Positions 18,821-30,624 of a stretch of 64,000 nt of DNA are shown here, piece after piece; the stretch's first letter is position 1; the number at the start of each line of letters is the position of its first letter. The position numbers and the translations under genes were made by a program. The notes under the pieces were generated by a model that was given only the letters and a program-made list of their open reading frames with translations, was not told where the DNA came from and searched no databases. The stretch is from Thermoplasmata archaeon (lineage in GTDB: Archaea; Thermoplasmatota; Thermoplasmata; Lutacidiplasmatales; UBA184): the NCBI GenBank assembly GCA_050011355.1, contig JBEKJG010000001.1, forward strand, positions 70,875 to 134,874. Reading direction: 5' to 3'.

Positions 18821-19954
18821 ATGCAGAAGAACCGCCGGATACGGGTGTTGGTCGGGACGCGGAAAGGGACGTACATCGTCGAGTCGGACGCCCGGCGCCG
18901 GACCTGGAAGGTCGGCCCCGTCGCGCACGCCGGCAACGAGATCTACCACGTCGTGGCCGATCCCCGGCACCCGGGGGACCTGTATGCCGCGGTCAACAAT
19001 TCGTTCTGGGGCCCGGCGGTCCAGCGCTCGCGCGACTGGGGCAAGACCTGGAAGGAGATCGCCACCCCGATGACGCCGAACGAGAAGGCGCGCAAGGCGC
19101 AGGTGAAGGAGGCGAACTTCGGCGGCGTCAAATGGGCCATCAACAACCTCTGGCGCGTCGAGCCCGGGCATCCGAGCGAACCGGACACGCTCTACCTCGG
19201 AGCCGACCCCCACCTCTTGTTCCGCTCGACCGACCTCGGCGGTTCGTGGGAGCCGATCTCGAGCCTCAACGACCACCCGGCGCGGAAGGACTGGTCACCG
19301 GGGGCGGGCGGGGCGTGCCTGCATACGATCCTCATCGACCCGCGCGACGCCCGCCGGCTCTACATCGGCCTCTCGGCCGTCGGCACGTTCCGGTCGGAGG
19401 ACGCGGGAACGAGCTGGAAACCGACCAACAAGGGGGTCATGGCGCCGTTCCTCCCGAACAAGTACCCCGAGACCGGCCAGTGCGTCCACCACGTGGTCGC
19501 GGACGCCGCCGACCCGGACACGTTCTACCGACAGGACCACGGCGGGATGTACGTCTCGCACGACCGCATGGAGAAATGGGTCCGGATCGGGAAGCCGCTC
19601 GGCGACGATTTCGGGTTCTGCGTCGCGTCCCCGGCGTCGGCCCCGGGTCGCGCCTACTTCGTCCGACTGGACGGGGAGGCCCGGGTCACGGGCGAGGGCC
19701 ACTTCCAGGTCCACGAGTGGAACGACAAGACCCGACGGTGGAGGAAGCTGCTCTCCCCGAAGGCGTTCCCGGGCCACTTCGGCGTCCAACGTGAGGGGAT
19801 CACGACCGACAACCTGGACCCTGCGGGGATCTACGTCGGCACGACCACGGGTCAGTTGTTCGTCAGCCCGGACGCCGGGAAGAGCTGGAGGCTCGTCCCC
19901 TACCAGTTCCCGGGGATCCACTCGGTCGGCATCGCCAACCCGACGGGGAACTGA
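18821..19954 (+). CDS. BNR/Asp-box repeat beta-propeller protein
   Basis: Four S-x-D-x-G-x-[ST]-W Asp-box motifs are visible: SRDWGKTW, STDLGGSW, SEDAGTSW and SPDAGKSW. No signal peptide is evident. Confidence 0.7.
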   Translation: MQKNRRIRVLVGTRKGTYIVESDARRRTWKVGPVAHAGNEIYHVVADPRHPGDLYAAVNNSFWGPAVQRSRDWGKTWKEIATPMTPNEKARKAQVKEANFGGVKWAINNLWRVEPGHPSEPDTLYLGADPHLLFRSTDLGGSWEPISSLNDHPARKDWSPGAGGACLHTILIDPRDARRLYIGLSAVGTFRSEDAGTSWKPTNKGVMAPFLPNKYPETGQCVHHVVADAADPDTFYRQDHGGMYVSHDRMEKWVRIGKPLGDDFGFCVASPASAPGRAYFVRLDGEARVTGEGHFQVHEWNDKTRRWRKLLSPKAFPGHFGVQREGITTDNLDPAGIYVGTTTGQLFVSPDAGKSWRLVPYQFPGIHSVGIANPTGN

Positions 19955-20071
19955 TCCGACCGTCGGCCCCGTCAGGGTTATCCCCGGCGCCCCGGTTCCC
20001 GACCGCCAGCGCGCCGCGCGGACGAGCGGGGCCCCCGCCGGTCCGATGCCCCGTCGCGCACCCTCGGAACC

Positions 20072-20788
20072 ATGAGCGGGCGAACCGAAGAGGGAACGAA
20101 GCCCAAGCCCCAGATCACGACCGTCTTCTTCGACCTCGGCGGGACGCTGGTCGACGAGCAGGACATCGCCGGTTGGGTGGAGGAAGCCGCCCGGGTCGGC
20201 CTCGACATCCCTCCGGACGAATTCGCGCACGCCTACTCCGAGGTCCTGCGCTCGACCGACTGCACGCCCCGCGTACCGTTCGAGGAGTTCTGGCGCCAGG
20301 TGCTGGAACGGGGCGCCCAGCATCCAGTACCGCCCGCGATCACCGAACGGTTCGTGCGAACGTACACGACGCGGGAGCGCCCGCTGCCGCTCTTCTCCGA
20401 TGCGCGCCGGTGCCTCGAGGAGCTCCGCGCCCAGGGTCGCCGGCTCGGCATCATCTCGAACTCCCGCGGAGAGGACCACGTGCGGGAGGTCCTCATCCGA
20501 CGCGGGATCGCGGAGTTCTTCCCGACCATCGTATCCTCCGGGACCGAAGGGGTCGCCAAGCCCGACCCGGAGATCTTCCGCCGCGCGCTCGCGCGGGTCC
20601 GTGCCGCGCCCGAGGAGACGTTCTACGTCGGCGACCTTGCGTTCACCGACGCCAAGGCCGCCGCGGCGGTCGGGCTCCACGCGGTCTGGTTGAACCGCTG
20701 GGGCACGGGGTTCGGCGACGACCCTCCGGAGATCACCTCGCTCCTCGAGGTGCCGCTGTGGATCCGCCAGCTCGAAACCGGCCGTTAG
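20072..20788 (+). CDS. HAD-superfamily hydrolase (subfamily IA-like)
   Basis: Contains motif I FFDLGGTLVDE, motif II IISNS, and the K...GD motif VGDLAFTDAKAA. Confidence 0.8.
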   Translation: MSGRTEEGTKPKPQITTVFFDLGGTLVDEQDIAGWVEEAARVGLDIPPDEFAHAYSEVLRSTDCTPRVPFEEFWRQVLERGAQHPVPPAITERFVRTYTTRERPLPLFSDARRCLEELRAQGRRLGIISNSRGEDHVREVLIRRGIAEFFPTIVSSGTEGVAKPDPEIFRRALARVRAAPEETFYVGDLAFTDAKAAAAVGLHAVWLNRWGTGFGDDPPEITSLLEVPLWIRQLETGR

Positions 20789-20822
20789 CTCGCGCCCGCG
20801 GCCGCCCCGGCACCTAGGGGCT

Positions 20823-21054
20823 GTTAAATACCGACCGAGACTCCCACAGGTGTTGCGCCCTTCTCCCTCGGGAGCGGGGTTGCGGCGACGCCGCCACGGC
20901 GAGCCGGGGACGCATGATCCGCGCTCTTCCAGGGCGACGCCACAGATGGCCCGATGGGGCGTGGAGCCCCGAGAACCCCTCCCCGGAGACGGGGAGTGAC
21001 CTCTCGGAGCCGACAGACGAGATCAAGTCAGCGTACGCGAATCGCTCAATTAAG
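20823..21054 (+). promoter_or_regulatory. 16S rRNA leader with candidate TATA elements (GTTAAATA 20823-20830; TCAATTAAG 21045-21054)
   Basis: These are the only A/T-rich octamers upstream of the processing stem. Which one is used cannot be decided from the sequence. Confidence 0.3.
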
Positions 21055-21080
21055 TCAGTCAGCGAAGAGCATATACCGCC

Positions 21081-21105
21081 AGTCAGCGAAGAATCGGTCA
21101 CGACC
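21081..21105 (+). other. 5' strand of the pre-16S rRNA processing helix
   Basis: GTCAGCG-(AA)-GAATCGG-UCACG pairs with 22638-22657 (CGUGG-U-CCGAUUC-CGCUGAC), giving about 19 bp with small bulges that bracket the mature 16S. Confidence 0.7.
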
Positions 21106-21138
21106 AGTAAACTCCGCACACGCGAGAGTGTGCTTACA

Positions 21139-22607
<1,469 letters not shown>

Positions 22608-22637
22608 AAGAACGCCCGTTCAAGGCGTTCCGAAATT

Positions 22638-22657
22638 CGTGGTCCGATTCCGCTGAC
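22638..22657 (+). other. 3' strand of the pre-16S rRNA processing helix
   Basis: Complementary to 21082-21102 (see the 5' strand feature). Confidence 0.7.
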
Positions 22658-22698
22658 GCACACGGGCTGGATCTCGTCGACCCACGGGCCGTCAACCC

Positions 22699-22704
22699 TT
22701 TTTT
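22699..22704 (+). terminator. oligo-T tract (T6) downstream of the 16S gene
   Basis: TTTTTT lies about 90 nt after the mature 3' end. Archaeal RNA polymerase terminates at oligo-T. Confidence 0.45.
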
Positions 22705-22720
22705 GAGTAGTTACACTTTC

Positions 22721-22728
22721 CTTATTAA
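22721..22728 (+). promoter_or_regulatory. candidate TATA box (CTTATTAA) for a leaderless ribB transcript
   Basis: Its centre lies about 26 nt upstream of ATG 22751. Confidence 0.45.
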
Positions 22729-22750
22729 CGGAGAATTCCTGCTCCGGCCG

Positions 22751-24380
<1,630 letters not shown>

Positions 24381-24400
24381 AACGCACGAAGGAAACACCG

Positions 24401-24841
24401 ATGGCGAAATCGAAGAGGGACGGGGAAGGGGTCTGCGTGGCGATCGTGGCGAGCGAATACAACTACGACATCACGCTCATGATGCTCGAGCGGGCGAAGG
24501 AGGAGGTCGAGTTCCTCGGCGCGAGCTTGGGGCCGGTCGTGAAGACGCCCGGCGTCTTCGACATGCCGCTCGCCGTCCAGGCGCTGTTCCGGCGCAAGGA
24601 CGTGGACGCGGTCGTCGCGCTCGGCGCGGTCATCGAGGGCGAGACGGGGCACGACGAGGTCGTCATGAACCAGGCGTCCCGAAAGCTCACCGACCTCTCG
24701 GTCGAGCACGGGAAGCCGCTCGGGCTCGGCATCTCCGGACCCGGCGAGACCCGCCTGCAGGCGCAGGACCGGATCGAGAACGCCGGGAACGCGGTCCGCG
24801 CGGTCGTGAAGATGGTCCGCCGGCTGCGCGACCTCGAGTAG
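24401..24841 (+). CDS. ribH: 6,7-dimethyl-8-ribityllumazine synthase
   Basis: VAIVASEYNYDIT...PGVFDMPLAVQAL......VVALGAVIEGETGHDEVV is the lumazine synthase pattern. Confidence 0.88.
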   Translation: MAKSKRDGEGVCVAIVASEYNYDITLMMLERAKEEVEFLGASLGPVVKTPGVFDMPLAVQALFRRKDVDAVVALGAVIEGETGHDEVVMNQASRKLTDLSVEHGKPLGLGISGPGETRLQAQDRIENAGNAVRAVVKMVRRLRDLE

Positions 24842-24885
24842 ACGGTCGGTCGCCCCCGAAACACCGAGGCCGGAGGGATCGTCGG

Positions 24886-25530
24886 ATGGTATCGCTCGAC
24901 GTCGGCTGCGGCAAGCAGAAGCGCGGCGACATCGGGATGGACATCTACCCCGGTCCCCAGGTCGACGTCGTCTGGGACCTCCGGAAGACCCCCTGGCCGT
25001 TCGAGTCGGGGAAGTTCGACACGGTCTACGCGATCCACGTCCTCGAGCACATCCCCTTCTCGCTCGAGCCCCAGTACGAGGACGGCCTGTTCGGCGTCCT
25101 GGGCGAGATCCACCGGGTCCTGCAGCCCGGGGGCAAGCTCGTCGTCATCACGCCGCACCAGCAGTCCCGGTACGCCTGGGGCGTCCCGACCCACCGCCGG
25201 GTGTTCAACGAGACGACCTGGACCCACTTCAGCCGCGACCTCTGGACCGGCGTCTACTCCCTCGAGAGCCCGGACGGGATCGGCCGGGAGCCGCTGTTCG
25301 AGAAGAGCTCGATCCGGGTCGACCGGGAGTTCGGCTCCGCCTACCCGTTCGGGTTCCGGGAGTGGCACGTCGAGCACCGGTTCCCCCGGGTCTACCGCGT
25401 CCTCTGCGCGCTCCGGGTCGGGCGGAAGCGCAACCTCTACGTCACGCTCACGAAGGGGGGTGCGGCCCCCCCGACCCCCGGGACCCTTCCGGCCGCGCCG
25501 CCGCCCCCGCCCGTGCCTCCGCCGGTCTAG
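24886..25530 (+). CDS. class I SAM-dependent methyltransferase with a Pro-rich C-terminal tail
   Basis: Contains motif I LDVGCG, FDTVYAIHVLEHI and LQPGGKLVVITP. The tail is PPTPGTLPAAPPPPPVPPPV. Confidence 0.65.
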   Translation: MVSLDVGCGKQKRGDIGMDIYPGPQVDVVWDLRKTPWPFESGKFDTVYAIHVLEHIPFSLEPQYEDGLFGVLGEIHRVLQPGGKLVVITPHQQSRYAWGVPTHRRVFNETTWTHFSRDLWTGVYSLESPDGIGREPLFEKSSIRVDREFGSAYPFGFREWHVEHRFPRVYRVLCALRVGRKRNLYVTLTKGGAAPPTPGTLPAAPPPPPVPPPV

Positions 25531-25895
25531 AGGCCGAAGCGGGCGCGGACCTGGTCGAACGCGACCCGGCCCTTCGTGGTGTGCGGCACGACCTTCACGT
25601 CGGCCGGCACGCTCGCGGGTCGGGTGCGGGCGGTCAGCATCTTCTCGAGACGGGCCTTGGGAGCGTGGATCGTCACGTCGGGAGAAGCCGTGGTGCCCGG
25701 GGTGACCGTGACCGAGCCGTTCGTGTCCACCCGGACGCTCGCGGCGTCCTGGTCGGTCTCGAACACCCAGACCTGAGGAAGGTAGGCCCGAACGAAGGAG
25801 CCGATGAGGCCCTGGAGGCGGGGCTTGAGCTCCTTCTCGATCTCCGGGGCGACCTTTCCGAGTAGGTCCACGGTCGCGGGCATGGGCGTCGGCAC
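25527..25895 (-). CDS. small hypothetical protein, possibly SCP2-fold
   Basis: 122-aa ORF with good GC3. A weak SCP2-like pattern is visible (WVFETDQD..SVRVDTNG.VTV......DVTI.A....L..ML). An alternative start is ATG 25883. Confidence 0.35.
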   Translation of the reverse strand: MPTPMPATVDLLGKVAPEIEKELKPRLQGLIGSFVRAYLPQVWVFETDQDAASVRVDTNGSVTVTPGTTASPDVTIHAPKARLEKMLTARTRPASVPADVKVVPHTTKGRVAFDQVRARFGL

Positions 25896-25938
25896 CGCCC
25901 CCGCCGTAAGAAGATGACGCCGCTCGAGGGTCTGCGGG

Positions 25939-26706
25939 CTATGCGGCGGTCGGCGCGGGATCGGGCTCTAGCGGGTCGACGCGGCCCGCGATCAGCGCCG
26001 TCAACGCACCGACCATCACGCCGACCGCCGTGCCCACGAGCAGTCCGATCCACGCCCCGCTATCGGCCGCCGACACGACATCGGGAAGGAAGGAGTTCTG
26101 CTGGGCCATACCGACGGCCGCGGCGAGGCCTCCCGCGAACATGCCGACCACTCCCCCCAGCAGTCCCGCGAGTATCGCCAGACCGAGGATCCGGTTCCGT
26201 GGGCGGCGGGCACCGGCCAGCGCGCGCGTGGACGCCAAGCACAGCACGGCCGTCACGCTCGTCCACGCCACGACGAAGGCGGAAATCCAGGCCGCGGCCT
26301 GGTTCGTGTCGGTCGGTACGCTGGTTAGCCACCAGGTGTCGACCGACTGGTATTGGTATCCGATCGCAAAGGAGGCCCCAAGGCCCACGAGGGCTCCGAC
26401 GATCGGGCCCACGACCGGTCCCCGTCGTCCGAGCGGGGCGATCGAGAAGTAGGCCACCGCCGCGGTCAGGGCGCCCGAGATCGGCACGACCAGAAAATTG
26501 AGGGCGAACGTCGGGTCGACCCCGTGGTTGGCGATGATCGTCCCGCCGGTCGCGGAGAAGGATCCCTCTCCCGACGCGATGAAGCTCGCGGCGGTGACCA
26601 GAAGAACGGCCGCCGGGACCCCCCAACGGTTGGGCCGGACCTTGACGGGCCCCACGGAGCCTACATTCCGGAGGTGGTAGATGAGGCTTGGTTTGGCCCG
26701 CTCCAC
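25939..26706 (-). CDS. hypothetical multi-pass membrane protein
   Basis: 255 aa with a GTG start and about 7 hydrophobic Gly/Ala-rich segments. I do not recognise the family. Confidence 0.55.
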   Translation of the reverse strand: MERAKPSLIYHLRNVGSVGPVKVRPNRWGVPAAVLLVTAASFIASGEGSFSATGGTIIANHGVDPTFALNFLVVPISGALTAAVAYFSIAPLGRRGPVVGPIVGALVGLGASFAIGYQYQSVDTWWLTSVPTDTNQAAAWISAFVVAWTSVTAVLCLASTRALAGARRPRNRILGLAILAGLLGGVVGMFAGGLAAAVGMAQQNSFLPDVVSAADSGAWIGLLVGTAVGVMVGALTALIAGRVDPLEPDPAPTAA

Positions 26707-26785
26707 GGAGGCTCGACGCCCGGAGCGGCCACGCGGCTGAAATCGTTAAGGCCGACCTCCCTTCCCCGCCCACGGGGGAGACCGA

Positions 26786-27520
26786 ATGGAACTCCGTGAG
26801 TTCCGAACGGAGCTCCCATCCACTCAGATCGAGGGGATTCGACGCGCGCGGGAAGGGGCGCCCGAGGGCGCCCGGATCGTCGCCGCGCGGCAGAGCGCCG
26901 GCCGGGGCCGGGGGGACCATGCCTGGGCCTCCCCCGCCGGAAACCTGTACCTCAGCTTGATCGTCCGAGCTCCCTCCGAACACCGCTCCCTGCTTCCGCT
27001 CGCGGTGGGCGCCCGGCTCCGTGCGGCCCTGGCCGGACGATACGGCGCCGTCTGTGTGCTCAAGTGGCCGAACGACCTCCTCGTCCTCGGCCGCGGCAGC
27101 CCCCGGAAGCTCTCGGGGATCCTGGTCGACATCGTCCCGTCACCCACTCTCGACGTCGCGGCGGTGATCGGGATCGGTGTGAATGTTTCCGCTCCCCCGG
27201 AGGCCTATTCGAGGGACCTCCGCGCGCGCGTCGTCTCCCTCGCCGAGATAACGGGAACGGCGCCCGACCTGGGGGACGTGGAACGGGTCACGGTGGCCGC
27301 GGCCGAGTCCGCCGTCGCGGCGATCGGGTCTGTCCGGGGAGTGAACGAGATACTCGCGGAGTGCCGCGCGGCCCTGCACGGGGTCGGGCGTCGGGCCACG
27401 GTCGACTCGACCCTCGCCGGGACCATCCGGACCGTGGGCGAGGATGGCGAGCTATGGCTCGACACCCCCTCGGGGGCGGTCTCCATACGCTCCGGCGACT
27501 TGGTGGTGGAGGACGCATGA
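26786..27520 (+). CDS. birA: biotin--[biotin carboxyl-carrier protein] ligase
   Basis: Contains GRGRGDHAWASPAGNLYLSLIV and LKWPNDLL......KLSGILVD. There is no N-terminal HTH. ATGA overlap with the next gene. Confidence 0.85.
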   Translation: MELREFRTELPSTQIEGIRRAREGAPEGARIVAARQSAGRGRGDHAWASPAGNLYLSLIVRAPSEHRSLLPLAVGARLRAALAGRYGAVCVLKWPNDLLVLGRGSPRKLSGILVDIVPSPTLDVAAVIGIGVNVSAPPEAYSRDLRARVVSLAEITGTAPDLGDVERVTVAAAESAVAAIGSVRGVNEILAECRAALHGVGRRATVDSTLAGTIRTVGEDGELWLDTPSGAVSIRSGDLVVEDA

Positions 27521-29067
27521 CTCACGCATTCGACCGCTGGGCGGCGCTGAAGAAGACCGCGAAGGAAGGCGGGGGCGCCGAGCGCGTGCAGAAGCACCGC
27601 GCCGGTGGTCGGCTGACCGCCCGCGAGCGGCTCGAGACGTTCTTCGACCCGGGCACGTTCACGGAGATCGATTCGTTCGTGACGCACCGTGTCGAGAAGT
27701 TCGGACTGGACGAACGGAAGATCCCCGGGGACGGGGTCGTCACCGGATGGGGCGAGGTCGACGGGCGGCCGGTCTGCGCGTTCGCGCAGGACGCGACCGT
27801 CTTCGGCGGGGCCCTCGGCGAGGCGCACGCGATGAAGATCGTGAAGATCATGGAGACCGCCCGCAAGGCGGGGGTCCCGATCGTCGGCGTGAACGACTCG
27901 GGCGGGGCCCGCATCCAGGAGGGCGTGATGAGCCTGGGCGGCTACGGCGAAGTGTTCTTCCGGAACGTCGCCCTCTCGGGGGTGGTCCCACAGCTCTCCC
28001 TCATCCTCGGTCCCTGCGCCGGCGGCGCGGTGTATTCCCCCGCGATCACCGACTTCGTGATCATGGCCCGGGGGACGGCCCAGATGTTCATCACCGGCCC
28101 GGACGTCATCCGGGCGGTCACCGGTGAGGAGGTCACGTTCGACCAGCTCGGCGGAGCGGAGACCCACGCGTCGATCAGCGGCGTCTCGCACCTCACGGCC
28201 CGCTCCGATGCGGATGCGCTGGCGCTCGCCCGCCGGCTCCTCTCCTACCTGCCCCTCAACAACCTCGAAGAGCCTCCGACCGCGCCCCGGTCCGCGCCCC
28301 CCGACTCGGCCGCCGGAGAGCTGGTCCGGATCGTCCCGGAGGACTCCAACCTCCCGTACGACGTCCACGGCGTGATCGAGCGGATCGTCGACGTCGACAC
28401 GTTCTTCGAGATCCATGCGGCGTGGGCGCCCAACATCGTCGTCGGGTTCGCGCGGTTGGACGGCCGACCGATCGGGGTCGTCGCGAACAACCCCGCCTCG
28501 CTCGCGGGCACCCTCGACATTCCCGCCTCGGTGAAGGCCGCCCGCTTCGTGCGGTTCTGCGACGCGTTCAACCTCCCGCTCGTGACCCTTGTTGACGTCC
28601 CGGGGTTCCTGCCCGGCACGGCCCAGGAGTACGGCGGGATCATTCGCCACGGGGCGAAACTGCTCTACGCCTACGCCGAGGCGACCGTCCCGCTGCTCAC
28701 CGTGATCCTTCGCAAGGCCTACGGGGGGGCGTACGACGTCATGTGTTCGAAGCACCTCGGGGGCGACCTGAACCTCGCCTGGCCGACCGCCGAGATCGCG
28801 GTCATGGGGGCGGAGGGGGCGGTCAACATCCTCTATCGCAAGGAGATCGAGCTCGCGGCGGAGCCGAAGCGGGAGACCCTCCGCGCCCAGCGCATCACCG
28901 AGTACCGGGCCGAGTTCCTCAACCCGTACCTCGCGGCTGAACGGGGGTACATCGACGACGTGATCGACCCGTCGGAGACCCGGGCGCGCCTGGTGAACGG
29001 TCTGGGGCTCCTGGCGACGAAGCGCGACGACCGACCGGCCCGCAAGCACGGGAACATCCCGCTCTAG
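27517..29067 (+). CDS. acyl-CoA carboxyltransferase (methylmalonyl-CoA carboxyltransferase 12S / propionyl-CoA carboxylase beta family)
   Basis: 516 aa with GRLTARERLETFFDPGTFTEID, VNDSGGARIQEGV, GPCAGGAVYSPAITDF and RKAYGGAYDVM. Confidence 0.9.
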   Translation: MTHAFDRWAALKKTAKEGGGAERVQKHRAGGRLTARERLETFFDPGTFTEIDSFVTHRVEKFGLDERKIPGDGVVTGWGEVDGRPVCAFAQDATVFGGALGEAHAMKIVKIMETARKAGVPIVGVNDSGGARIQEGVMSLGGYGEVFFRNVALSGVVPQLSLILGPCAGGAVYSPAITDFVIMARGTAQMFITGPDVIRAVTGEEVTFDQLGGAETHASISGVSHLTARSDADALALARRLLSYLPLNNLEEPPTAPRSAPPDSAAGELVRIVPEDSNLPYDVHGVIERIVDVDTFFEIHAAWAPNIVVGFARLDGRPIGVVANNPASLAGTLDIPASVKAARFVRFCDAFNLPLVTLVDVPGFLPGTAQEYGGIIRHGAKLLYAYAEATVPLLTVILRKAYGGAYDVMCSKHLGGDLNLAWPTAEIAVMGAEGAVNILYRKEIELAAEPKRETLRAQRITEYRAEFLNPYLAAERGYIDDVIDPSETRARLVNGLGLLATKRDDRPARKHGNIPL

Positions 29068-29082
29068 GGGGAGAGCGCTCCG

Positions 29083-30624
29083 ATGGTCGGCATCACCGAG
29101 ACCGTCCTCCGGGACGGACACCAGTCCCTCATCGCGACGCGGATGCGGACCCGGGACATGCTCCCGGCCGCGGAACGACTCGACGCGATCGGCTACCGAT
29201 CGCTGGAGGTCTGGGGCGGCGCGACGTTCGACGTCTGCCTCCGATTCCTCCGCGAGGACCCCTGGGAGCGGTTGCGCCTGCTGAAGCGCGCGATGCCGCG
29301 CACGCCGCTCCAGATGCTCCTCCGCGGGCAAAACCTGGTCGGGTACCGCCACTACCCGGACGACCTGGTCGAGAAGTTCGTCGCCGAATCGGCCCGCCAG
29401 GGCGTCGACATCTTTCGGGTCTTCGACGCGCTGAACGACCCGGGGAACATGTCCGCCGCGATCGCCGCCGTCAAGAAGGCGGGCGCCCGAGCCCAGGGTA
29501 CGATCTGCTACACACAGTCCCCCGTCCATACCCAGGCCACCTTCGTCGCGCTCGGCCACCGGTTGGCCGAGATGGGGGCGGACGAGCTGTGCGTGAAGGA
29601 CATGGGCGGTTTCCTGCCGCCGCAGGAGGGCGCGGCCCTCGTCCGGGCCCTGCGTGCCGAGGTGGGACTGCCCGTCGTGGTCCACACCCATTCCGCGAGC
29701 GGGATGTCGACCCTCACGTGCCTCGCGGTCGCGGAAGCCGGAGCCGCCGCGGTCGACAGCGCGCTCAGCCCGTTCGCGGGCGGAGCATCCCAGCCTCCCA
29801 CGGAAACTCTGGTCGGGGCAATGCGGGGAACCGCGCTCGACCCCCGGCTCGACCTGAACGCGCTCGGCGACCTCGCCGCCTATTTCGGCAAGGTGATGGA
29901 CCGCTACCGGCCTCTCCTCAATCTGCGCTCGCTCCAGACCGACCCCGGTATCCTCACGCACCAGATCCCCGGCGGGATGCTCTCCAACCTCCTCGGCCAA
30001 CTGGCCGAGCAGGACGCGTTCGACCGGCTGGCCGAAGTGCTGGCCGAAGTTCCGCGGGTCCGCGCGGACCTGGGATACCCTCCGCTCGTCACCCCGACCA
30101 GCCAGATCGTCGGGGTCCAGGCGGTCGTGAACGTGCTGACCGGCGCACGGTACCGCCAGGTGACCCAGGAGGTCCGGGACTACGTCCGGGGTCTGTACGG
30201 AAAGCCTCCGGCCCCGATCGACCCGGAGCTGTACCGGACGGTCACCGCCGCCGCGCCCGCGATCACCGGACGTCCGGCCGACCTCCTCGGGCCCGAGCTC
30301 GCTAAGGCGGTGGGCGAGGTCCGGAAGCTCGTACCCGCGGCGGACGATGCCGAGGCGCTCAGCTACGCGCTGTTCCCGGCCGTCTACAAATCCTACCGCT
30401 CCTCGGTCGACCGTGGGCTCACGGACCACGTCCTGACTGCGGCTGCCCTCGGAGTCATCGGCGCGCTGCGGACACCGGCACCGCCTCCGCGAGCCGCCCC
30501 CGCGGTCCCGGAGCGCGCGGCGGGCACGGCCGAGGGGGTCAGCCCGTGGGCGCACGAGGGCCGGGTCCGGTTGCAATCCCAACGGGGGTGGGTCGATGCG
30601 TCTTCGCGTCGTACGCGACGGTAA
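29083..30624 (+). CDS. pyruvate/oxaloacetate carboxyltransferase (transcarboxylase 5S / OadA / PycB-like, no biotinyl domain)
   Basis: Contains ITETVLRDGHQSL, LEVWGGATFDVCLRFL.EDPWERL, LLRGQN.VGY and HTHSASGMS. The protein ends without an AMKM motif. Confidence 0.88.
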   Translation: MVGITETVLRDGHQSLIATRMRTRDMLPAAERLDAIGYRSLEVWGGATFDVCLRFLREDPWERLRLLKRAMPRTPLQMLLRGQNLVGYRHYPDDLVEKFVAESARQGVDIFRVFDALNDPGNMSAAIAAVKKAGARAQGTICYTQSPVHTQATFVALGHRLAEMGADELCVKDMGGFLPPQEGAALVRALRAEVGLPVVVHTHSASGMSTLTCLAVAEAGAAAVDSALSPFAGGASQPPTETLVGAMRGTALDPRLDLNALGDLAAYFGKVMDRYRPLLNLRSLQTDPGILTHQIPGGMLSNLLGQLAEQDAFDRLAEVLAEVPRVRADLGYPPLVTPTSQIVGVQAVVNVLTGARYRQVTQEVRDYVRGLYGKPPAPIDPELYRTVTAAAPAITGRPADLLGPELAKAVGEVRKLVPAADDAEALSYALFPAVYKSYRSSVDRGLTDHVLTAAALGVIGALRTPAPPPRAAPAVPERAAGTAEGVSPWAHEGRVRLQSQRGWVDASSRRTRR

